Source: Frankiaceae bacterium (GTDB lineage Bacteria; Actinomycetota; Actinomycetes; BP-191). From it: a DNA stretch of 64,000 bases. How positions within the stretch are numbered: the first letter of the stretch is position 1; the number at the start of each line of letters is the position of its first letter. The stretch covers positions 130,961 to 194,960 of the forward strand of contig DASZER010000043.1 in the NCBI GenBank assembly GCA_035940575.1, read 5' to 3'. Shown in pieces: positions 1 to 6,773 of this stretch. Below the pieces are notes generated by a model. The model was not told where the DNA came from. It was given only the letters and a program-made list of their open reading frames with translations, and did no database searches. Position numbers and translations under genes: made by a program.

Positions 1-351
1 CGCGGCCGAGGCGGTCGGCGGCGGCAGCGGAGTGGGCGGCGGCGCGGTGGGCGACGGGTTGCCGACCGGCGACGGCGTGGCCTCGGCGGGCGGCGTCGCG
101 GTCGCCGGGACGCTCGCCGCCGGCGACGGGTCGCCCGGCGACACGGGGTCGGCGAAGAGCGTGTCCGTGCCGCCCGACGACACGGACATCACGAGCGCGA
201 CGGCGGCGGCCACGCCCACGGCGCTTCCGGCGCCGGCGTAGCGGCCCCTGCGGCGGCGGCGTACGCGCCGCGCCATGTCGTCGAAGTCGCCGGGGCGCGG
301 CGGCAGCGAGGGCCTGCGCGGCAGCGGAGGGAGCGGGTCGAGGTCAGGCAT
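1..351 (-). CDS. Pro-rich single-pass membrane protein, N-terminal part only (gene runs off window start); possible anti-sigma factor by position
   Basis: Not in ORF track because there is no stop inside the window. Hand translation from ATG 351-349 gives MPDLDPLPPLPRRPSLPPRPGDFDDMARRVRRRRRGRYAGAGSAVGVAAAVALVMSV...: an Arg-rich stretch, one hydrophobic helix, then a Pro/Ala/Thr-rich tail. The start overlaps the ECF sigma stop by 8 nt. No zf-HC2 motif seen, so the anti-sigma role is positional inference only. Confidence 0.4.
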   Translation of the reverse strand, partial: MPDLDPLPPLPRRPSLPPRPGDFDDMARRVRRRRRGRYAGAGSAVGVAAAVALVMSVSSGGTDTLFADPVSPGDPSPAASVPATATPPAEATPSPVGNPSPTAPPPTPLPPPTASAA

Positions 352-877
352 CGTCGTCTCCCAGGGCCTTGGCGAGCCGCGTACGCGCCTCGGAGAGCAG
401 CCGCTTGACGGTGCCCTCGGGGCGGCGCACGACGGCGGCCACCTCCGGCACCGGCAGGTCGGCGAAGTAGTAGAGCCGCACGCACGTGCGCATCGGCTCG
501 GGCAGCGACTCGACCGCGTCCTGCACGGTCACGTCGGCGGCCTCGACGGGGCGTTCGTCGGCGACGAGCAGCGCGTACGTCTCCCGCTCGCGCCGCGCGC
601 GCTTCCAGCGGTCGCGGGCGAGGTTCGTGACGACGAGGAACAGGTACGGGCGCGGCTCGCGGACGCTCACGAACCGCGTCAGCAGGCGGGTGAACGCCTC
701 CTGCGCGATGTCGCGCGCGGACTCCTCGTCGCGGACGAGCAGGAACGCGTAGCCGGCGATGTTGGCGTACTCCCTCTCGTAGAACTCGCGGAAGCCGTCG
801 TCCGTCTCGCGGGCACGCCTGCGCGAGGCCGCGCGCGCGGCGTGCGGCGGCTCCGTCGCGGTCAGGACCAGCTCCAT
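344..877 (-). CDS. ECF-subfamily sigma-70 factor
   Basis: Track ORF, 177 aa, ATG start. Region 2-like FYEREYANIAGYAFLLVRDEESARDIAQEAF and region 4 HTH VRLYYFADLPVPEVAAVVRRPEGTVKRLLSEARTRL. Confidence 0.9.
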   Translation of the reverse strand: MELVLTATEPPHAARAASRRRARETDDGFREFYEREYANIAGYAFLLVRDEESARDIAQEAFTRLLTRFVSVREPRPYLFLVVTNLARDRWKRARRERETYALLVADERPVEAADVTVQDAVESLPEPMRTCVRLYYFADLPVPEVAAVVRRPEGTVKRLLSEARTRLAKALGDDDA

Positions 878-925
878 CGGGAGTGAGACTGTCGGGGGGT
901 CGTCGCGGTTCGGACCTCCTCGCGG

Positions 926-1342
926 CTACCGCAGCGGCAGCCGCGCGGTCGCGCCGGCGGTCACGTCGATGCCGCCCTCGAAGCCCGGCGGCGACAGCGG
1001 CAGGTCGAGGTGCGTGGAGAGCGTGACGCTGACCGCCGTGCCGCCGTCGACGAGGTCGACGTCCTCGACGGTGGTGCCGGGGAAGTTCGCAGCGACGTAG
1101 TCGCGGACGGCCTCGTCCACGTCGCCGAGCGGCAGCAGGTCGCCGCCCTCGCCCGCGTAGTACGCGTCGAGGTCGAGCGACTGCGCGGCCGCGAGCGCGG
1201 CGCCGTCGGCCTGGCTGGACAGGTTGCGCCGCGCGAGGAACGCCGCCGAGACGTCGACCACGACGGCCACCAGCAGGATCAGCACGACGCCGAGGAACGC
1301 CGTCAGCACCAGGAGCTGGCCGTCCTCGCCGCGCCGCCTCAC
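926..1342 (-). CDS. TadG-like pilus assembly protein (pseudopilin-like)
   Basis: 138 aa. N-terminal hydrophobic helix LLVLTAFLGVVLILLVAVVVDVSAAFLARRNL typical of the TadG/TadE-like N-terminal domain. 4-nt overlap with the upstream TadE-like gene; last gene of the tad operon. Confidence 0.7.
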   Translation of the reverse strand: MRRRGEDGQLLVLTAFLGVVLILLVAVVVDVSAAFLARRNLSSQADGAALAAAQSLDLDAYYAGEGGDLLPLGDVDEAVRDYVAANFPGTTVEDVDLVDGGTAVSVTLSTHLDLPLSPPGFEGGIDVTAGATARLPLR

Positions 1343-1740
1343 CTGACGGCCCGGTACCGGTCGACGGTCGCGACGTGCGTCGCCGTCACGGGGATGCGGG
1401 CGAGGCTGCCCGCGAGCGGGAGGCGGACCTCGTAGCGCACGGTCACGCGAACGCTCTCGCCGGGCGTGAGCGTGTCGGCGTCGACGTCGAGGTCGGCGCG
1501 GGGCGAGCCCGGGAGCTGGTCGGCGAGCGCGAGGTCCGCGGCGGCCTGCGCGCGGTCGAGCGCCGTGTCCGACGAGTCGGCGGTGACGTAGGCGCGGCCT
1601 CCCTCGCGCGCCGCCGCGCTGACCGCGAACGCCGCCCGCTGCAGCTCGAACACCGTCAGCATCACGTAGACCAGCGGGATCATCAGCACGACGGCGACGG
1701 TCACGAACTCCAGGCTCGCGTTGCCGTCGTCGCCCCTCAC
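1339..1740 (-). CDS. TadE-like pseudopilin
   Basis: 133 aa. N-terminus NASLEFVTVAVVLMIPLVYVMLTVFE matches the TadE-like motif (acidic residue then hydrophobic helix). 4-nt overlaps on both sides. Confidence 0.75.
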   Translation of the reverse strand: MRGDDGNASLEFVTVAVVLMIPLVYVMLTVFELQRAAFAVSAAAREGGRAYVTADSSDTALDRAQAAADLALADQLPGSPRADLDVDADTLTPGESVRVTVRYEVRLPLAGSLARIPVTATHVATVDRYRAVR

Positions 1741-2147
1741 TGCCCCTCCTTGAAGGCGTGGGCGGTGGCGTCCATCCCGACGGACCCGATCGGCGGGAAC
1801 AGCAGCGGCAACGGCCCGTGCGCGCGTACCCGCACGAGCACCGCGCCGCCGTCCGTCGTCGTCTCGCAGCCGTCAGGCGGAACGTCGAAGGTCAGGCCGT
1901 CCGCCACCTTGTCCCCGATCGCGTCGCGCACGAGGTCGCGCGCGCGGGCGACGCCGTCGGCGCAGTCGCGGTCGGCGTTGGCGGCCTCGCGGGCTCCCTC
2001 GGCGAGGCTCGCGACGATCACGTTGCGCATGTGCAGGTAGAGCCCGACCTGCGCGATGCCCATGAACAGCGTCAGCAGCAGCACGCCGACGAGGACGAAC
2101 TCGACGACGGCGGCGCCGTCGTCACTGGCAGTTCGCGCCCGAGCCAT
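1737..2147 (-). CDS. TadE-like pseudopilin
   Basis: 136 aa. N-terminus DDGAAVVEFVLVGVLLLTLFMGIAQVG is a TadE-like motif. The track start may be slightly too far upstream, since it overlaps the preceding small gene by 26 nt. Confidence 0.7.
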   Translation of the reverse strand: MARARTASDDGAAVVEFVLVGVLLLTLFMGIAQVGLYLHMRNVIVASLAEGAREAANADRDCADGVARARDLVRDAIGDKVADGLTFDVPPDGCETTTDGGAVLVRVRAHGPLPLLFPPIGSVGMDATAHAFKEGQ

Positions 2148-2319
2148 TGACGCCGATGGTGCACAGGGCCGACTCGAGGATGTTCTGGAGCGCGCCCTGC
2201 GCGAAGCCCCAGATGCCCGCGACGATGACCGCCGTCATCAACGTGATCAGCACCCACCCCGGCACGTCGCCGCGCTCGCGGTCCGTGCCCGCGGCGCGGG
2301 TGAGGAGGTACGTGATCAT
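2122..2319 (-). CDS. Small Flp-like/DUF4244-type membrane protein (candidate pilin)
   Basis: Sub-ORF of track ORF 2122..2928 from ATG 2319, 65 aa: MITYLLTRAAGTDRERGDVPGWVLITLMTAVIVAGIWGFAQGALQNILESALCTIGVNGSGANCQ. One hydrophobic helix after a charged leader and two C-terminal Cys. It sits in the slot between tadC and tadE where actinobacterial tad loci encode the pilin. ATGA overlap with the tadC stop. Confidence 0.55.
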   Translation of the reverse strand: MITYLLTRAAGTDRERGDVPGWVLITLMTAVIVAGIWGFAQGALQNILESALCTIGVNGSGANCQ

Positions 2320-3257
2320 GGCGTGAGCACCTGCAATCCGTAGAAGCCGGGGAACAGCGCGAAAACTACCGTCGCGGGCAGGACCAGGAACACCACCGGG
2401 ACGAGCATCGCGATCTCCTTGCGACCCCCCGACTCCAGCAGCGCGCGCTTGCCCGCCTCGCGCACGTCGACCGCCTGCGCGCGCAGCACGTCGGCCAGCG
2501 GCGTCCCGCGCTCGACCGCGATCGCGACGCCGTCGACGAACCGCGCGAGCGCCGGCAGCGACGTGCGGTTGGCGATGCCCTCCAGGGCGACGATGAGGGA
2601 GGCGCCCGCCTTGGCGTCGTTGAGGGCGTTGCGCAGCTCGGCGGCGAGCTCGCCCCGGCTGATGCGGGTGACGCGTTCGAGCGCGCCGACGGGACCCTCG
2701 CCCGCCGTCACCGCGAGCGCGAGCAGCTCGGCGATCGTCGGGAACTCCGCGAGCATCGTCTGCTCCCGCTTCGCCACCTCGTGCGTGAGCCGCCGGTCGC
2801 GCGCGAGCACGCCGAACAGCGCCAGCCCGAGGCTGACGAGCAGCAGCGCGAACGGGTTCGCGGCCCTGCCTGTCACGATCGCGAGCACCGTCACCGCGAG
2901 GCCGGCGAGGAAGCCGAGCGCGCCCCACACGACCTGCTCCGCGCGGAACTGCTCGACCGTCATCCCGCGCCCCGCCTGCGTGAGCCGCCGCCGCAGCGAC
3001 GCGGCGCCGCCGAACCAGCGGTCGAGGTGCTTCGCGGCGTCCGTGAGGACGGGGCGCAGGAGGCGTTCGAGCGTCGGGAACGGCGTCAGCGTCTCCGGCG
3101 CGGCGAGCAGCCGGCTCGGGCGCGGGGCGTCGCGCAGGTACGGCGCGAGGCGGTCGTCGAGGCGTGGCGTACGCAGCGGCGGCGCGTACGCCACGGCCAG
3201 CGCGAGCCCCGTCCCGCCGAGCGCGCCGAGGAGCATGCCGAGGAGGGTGGCGTTCAT
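2316..3257 (-). CDS. tadC: Tad pilus inner-membrane platform protein TadC (type II secretion F family)
   Basis: Sub-ORF of track ORF 2316..4505 starting at MNATLLGMLLGALGG (ATG 3257, ATGA overlap with the tadB stop), 313 aa. Multiple TM helices and a GspF-like cytoplasmic domain (EFPTIAELLALAVTAGEGPVGALERV). Confidence 0.85.
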   Translation of the reverse strand: MNATLLGMLLGALGGTGLALAVAYAPPLRTPRLDDRLAPYLRDAPRPSRLLAAPETLTPFPTLERLLRPVLTDAAKHLDRWFGGAASLRRRLTQAGRGMTVEQFRAEQVVWGALGFLAGLAVTVLAIVTGRAANPFALLLVSLGLALFGVLARDRRLTHEVAKREQTMLAEFPTIAELLALAVTAGEGPVGALERVTRISRGELAAELRNALNDAKAGASLIVALEGIANRTSLPALARFVDGVAIAVERGTPLADVLRAQAVDVREAGKRALLESGGRKEIAMLVPVVFLVLPATVVFALFPGFYGLQVLTP

Positions 3258-4111
3258 CGCAGCACCCGCTGCTCCTCGGGCAGCCGCGCGATGCGCAGCA
3301 TGACGCGGTACGCGAGGAACGACACCGCTCCCCCGCCGAGCAGCACCATCGCGCCGGTCGCGGTGCGGTACGCCTCGACGGCGCCCGGGCGCGTCGAGAG
3401 CAGGAGCAGCAGCAGCCACGGCGCGGCCAGCGCGAGCCGCGCGGCGCTGACCGTCCAGCCCTGCCGCGTCTCCAGCTCCGCGCGGGTGCGGGCGTCCTCG
3501 CGCAGGAACGCCGAGAGCGTTCGCAGCAGGCGGCCGAGGTCGGTGCCGCCGACCTCGCGGGCCATCCGCAGCGACTCGACGACGCGGTCGCCGACCGGGT
3601 CGGCGAGGCTCGCCTTGAGCCGGTCGAGGCAGTCGCCGAAGCGGCCCGTCGCGCGGTAGTCGGCGGCGAAGCGCGCGAACGGCGTACGCAGCAGCTCGGG
3701 CCCGCGCGTGCCGAGCTGGCTCACCGCCTCGGGCAGCGACAGGCCCGCGCGGATCGCGGAGGCGAGGTTGTCGACGACCTCGGGCCAGACCTCGCGCAGC
3801 TCCAGCGAGCGCTTGCGCCTGCGGCCGCGGACGACGTTGATGGGCGCCGCGGCGGCGAAGCCGCCGAACACCAGCCCGATCAGCGCGACCCTGCTCACGC
3901 CGGCCACGAGCACGAACGTCACGAGCCCGAGCACCACGCTGACGCCGAGTAGCTGCCCCGGCGACACGCCCTCGACGCCCGCCTGCGCGAGCAGCTCCTC
4001 GACGCGCGTCCGCAGCGCCGTGCGCCGCGTCCTCGGTGCCGGCTCGCTCGTGAACGCGCGCACGACGAGGAACACGCCGACGCCGAGCAGCAGCCCGAGG
4101 AACGCGCCCAC
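3254..4111 (-). CDS. tadB: Tad pilus platform protein TadB (type II secretion F family)
   Basis: Track ORF, 285 aa, GTG start directly abutting the tadA stop. TM helices plus a GspF-like segment (WPEVVDNLASAIRAGLSLPEAVSQL). Confidence 0.85.
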   Translation of the reverse strand: MGAFLGLLLGVGVFLVVRAFTSEPAPRTRRTALRTRVEELLAQAGVEGVSPGQLLGVSVVLGLVTFVLVAGVSRVALIGLVFGGFAAAAPINVVRGRRRKRSLELREVWPEVVDNLASAIRAGLSLPEAVSQLGTRGPELLRTPFARFAADYRATGRFGDCLDRLKASLADPVGDRVVESLRMAREVGGTDLGRLLRTLSAFLREDARTRAELETRQGWTVSAARLALAAPWLLLLLLSTRPGAVEAYRTATGAMVLLGGGAVSFLAYRVMLRIARLPEEQRVLR

Positions 4112-5350
4112 CTACGGAGCCCCGTACGCCGGCGGCGCGAGTAGCTCGGCGAGGTCGTGGCCGGCGCGCGCGAAGCGCTCGGGGTGCGGCGGGTACCCCT
4201 CCGCGCGGACCAGCTCCTCGCCGCGGCTCGCGTAGATCTGGCTGGTCTCCACGACGTCGCCCTCGACGCGCCCTGGCACGCCGACGACCTCGGAGACGCG
4301 GCGCCTGCCCTCGCGCGTCGTCTCGGTGTGCACGACGAGGTCGATGCTCGACGCGACGGTCGGGACGACGAACGAGTGCGAGACGTTCTCGCCGGCGAGC
4401 AGCGGCAGCGTGCACATCTTCACGACGGCCTCGCGCGCGGAGTTCGCGTGGATCGAGCACATGCCCGGCAGGCCGCTGTTGAGGGCGATCAGCAGGTCGA
4501 GGCACTCCTCCTGGCGTACCTCGCCGACGATGATGCGGTCGGGCCGCATCCGCAGCGCCTCCTTCACGAGCCGCCGCAGGCGCACCTCGCCGGTGCCTTC
4601 GAGGTTGGGCTGGCGGGTCTGCATCGCGACGACGTCGGGCAGCGGCACGCGGAGCTCGAACACCTCCTCGACCGTGATCACGCGCTCGCGCCCGGGGATC
4701 GCGGCGGCGAGGCAGTTGAGCAGCGTCGTCTTCCCTGCCTGCGTGCCGCCGGCCACGATGACGTTGAGGCCGCTCGCCACCGCCGCCTCGAGGAACCGCG
4801 CCGCCTGCGTCGTCAGGCTCCCGAGCGCGACGAGCTCGTCGAGGCTGTGCGCGGTGAGGACGAACTTGCGGATGTTCACCGACCAGTGGCGCCGCGTGAT
4901 GTCGGGGATCACGACGTGCAGCCTGCTGCCGTCCGGGAGCATCGCGTCGACGAACGGCGTCGAGAGGTCCACGCGCCGCCCGCTCGACTTCAGCATCTTC
5001 TCCACGAGGTCCTGGACCTGGCCCTCGGTGAGGATCGTGTTCGTCAGCTCGCTGCGCCCGCGCCGCGCGACGAACACGCGCCCGGGCTCGTTGACCCAGA
5101 TCTCCTCGACCGTCGGGTCGTCCAGGTACCGCTGCAACGGGCCGAACCCGGCGACGGCGTCGTAGACGTCGCGGCTCGCGCGGGTGCGGTCGGGCAGCGG
5201 CGGCAGCGTCGAGGCGAGCGAGCGCTCGTCGTAGTCGGAGATGACCTCCTCGACGAGGCGGCGTACGGCGGCGGCGTCGTTCGCGGGGTCGAGGCCGCGG
5301 CGGCGTACGAGCTCGCGCACCTCGCGCTCGACGATCGCCGTGGCGTCCAC
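4112..5350 (-). CDS. tadA: Tad/CpaF-type secretion ATPase
   Basis: 412 aa. Walker A VIVAGGTQAGKTTLLNCL, Walker B/Asp box RIIVGEVRQEE, His box SIHANS; VirB11/CpaF family pattern. Confidence 0.95.
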   Translation of the reverse strand: MDATAIVEREVRELVRRRGLDPANDAAAVRRLVEEVISDYDERSLASTLPPLPDRTRASRDVYDAVAGFGPLQRYLDDPTVEEIWVNEPGRVFVARRGRSELTNTILTEGQVQDLVEKMLKSSGRRVDLSTPFVDAMLPDGSRLHVVIPDITRRHWSVNIRKFVLTAHSLDELVALGSLTTQAARFLEAAVASGLNVIVAGGTQAGKTTLLNCLAAAIPGRERVITVEEVFELRVPLPDVVAMQTRQPNLEGTGEVRLRRLVKEALRMRPDRIIVGEVRQEECLDLLIALNSGLPGMCSIHANSAREAVVKMCTLPLLAGENVSHSFVVPTVASSIDLVVHTETTREGRRRVSEVVGVPGRVEGDVVETSQIYASRGEELVRAEGYPPHPERFARAGHDLAELLAPPAYGAP

Positions 5351-5383
5351 GGGCGACAGTATGCGGCCTTCGTCCCCCCGGGC

Positions 5384-5974
5384 TCAGAGCCCGTCCACAG
5401 GCACCGCGACGCGCAGCGCCGCGTCCGCCAGCGGCTCCTCCAGCGCGGCGAGGTCGCGCCCCTCCCGCAGCGCGCGCGCCGCCGTCTCGGCCGTCCCGAT
5501 CGCGAGCAGGTACAGCACCTCGCCGTCAGGGACGGGCAGGCCGGCGCGGGCGAGCCCGGCGCGGTACCGCTCCGCGAGGCGGCCCGCGGCGGCGTCGCGC
5601 AGGTCCGGGACGTGCCAGGCCTCGAGCAGGTAGACCCGGGCCCAGCAACGGTCCTCCGCGAGCCCGCGCAGGTACGCGCGGGTCGCGAAGCGCACCCCCT
5701 CCGACCAGTCCGCGGCGCTGAGCACCGCCCGCGCGAGCCGTGCCTCGAAGACCTCGCAGCCGAGCAGGAACGCCTCGCCGAAGCACTCCTCCTTCGAGGC
5801 GAACTCCGCGTAGAACGTGCCGCGGGAGACCCGCGCCCTGCGCACCACGTCGGCGACCGTCGTCGCGACGTAGCCCCGCTCGCCGACCGCCTCGACCGCG
5901 GCGTTCAGCAGCCGCGCGCGGGCGGGCCCGACGGCGAGGAAGCCGGGGTGCCGCACCACGATCGTCCCGGCCAC
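5384..5974 (-). CDS. TetR-family transcriptional regulator
   Basis: 196 aa, GTG start. N-terminal HTH LLNAAVEAVGERGYVATTVADVVRRARVSRGTFYAEFASKEECF. Confidence 0.9.
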   Translation of the reverse strand: MAGTIVVRHPGFLAVGPARARLLNAAVEAVGERGYVATTVADVVRRARVSRGTFYAEFASKEECFGEAFLLGCEVFEARLARAVLSAADWSEGVRFATRAYLRGLAEDRCWARVYLLEAWHVPDLRDAAAGRLAERYRAGLARAGLPVPDGEVLYLLAIGTAETAARALREGRDLAALEEPLADAALRVAVPVDGL

Positions 5975-5982
5975 GGCGCGAG

Positions 5983-5999
5983 CGTACCCGTGGGGTACG
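5983..5999. promoter_or_regulatory. 17-bp perfect palindrome, candidate TetR operator
   Basis: CGTACCC-GTG-GGGTACG (7-bp arms, 3-bp spacer), 9 nt upstream of the TetR GTG start, in the divergent intergenic region toward the 6103 gene. Confidence 0.4.
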
Positions 6000-6102
6000 C
6001 GGACGTCCCGATAAGTACGGGGTTGCGCCCCGGCGCGAGGGCGGCGCCGCCGAGCCGAGTATCGCCGTTGTCAGCAAGCCCGTCGCACGAGGAGCACTCC
6101 CC

Positions 6103-6645
6103 ATGAAGAAGTCCCGGATCCTGAAGGTCGCCGCCGCCACCGTCGGTGGAGTCCTCGCCCTCGGCGGCATCGCGTACGCGGCCTGGGGCGCGGTCGTCCA
6201 GCCCGACGGCCAGATCTACGCGTGCTACGGCGCCGACGGCACCATGCACGTCAAGGAGAACGACGGCACGACCGGCTACACCACCTGCCCCGACGGCCAG
6301 AAGCTGATGTCCTGGAACCAGCGCGGCCTGCGCGGGCCGACGGGCCCGATGGGCATGCCGGGGCCGGCGTACTTCACGCGCGTCCTCACGACCGACAACG
6401 CCACCGTCAAGCCGGCGATGACGCCGATCAAGACCTGGAACTACACCGACGGCACCGTGTGGATCAACGTGCCCGAGAAGGACGTCCGCAACTGCGCCGT
6501 CACCGCGACGCCCGTGGGCGCCAAGCCCGACACGACCGTGATCCGCCAGCCGGTCGACTACAAGGACTGGGTGCTGCTCTACACCTACACGGGGACGGCG
6601 CGCACCCAGACGGCCGTCGACGTCGTCCTCGCCTGCTGGAGCTAG
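6103..6645 (+). CDS. Secreted hypothetical protein
   Basis: Sub-ORF of track ORF 5740..6645 from ATG 6103, preceded by GGAG at 6091. 180 aa with signal/anchor MKKSRILKVAAATVGGVLALGGIAYAAWG and several Cys. No family recognised. Confidence 0.6.
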   Translation: MKKSRILKVAAATVGGVLALGGIAYAAWGAVVQPDGQIYACYGADGTMHVKENDGTTGYTTCPDGQKLMSWNQRGLRGPTGPMGMPGPAYFTRVLTTDNATVKPAMTPIKTWNYTDGTVWINVPEKDVRNCAVTATPVGAKPDTTVIRQPVDYKDWVLLYTYTGTARTQTAVDVVLACWS

Positions 6646-6773
6646 CCGGGCGTGTCTCCCACGTCCTGATCGTCGCGAGCGGAGTCCCTGGCGGTGGATC
6701 GCGAGGCGACAACGCCGCGACGCACCGTCAGGGGCGCGGCGCGGCAGATCGAGGACGTGCGAGACACGCCCTC

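Noticed and set aside
6334-6366. Collagen-like G-x-y triplets (GPTGPMGMPGP) in the secreted protein 6103..6645
   Set aside because: Only about three to four triplets, far too short for a collagen-like domain. Probably coincidental in a Gly/Pro-rich loop.
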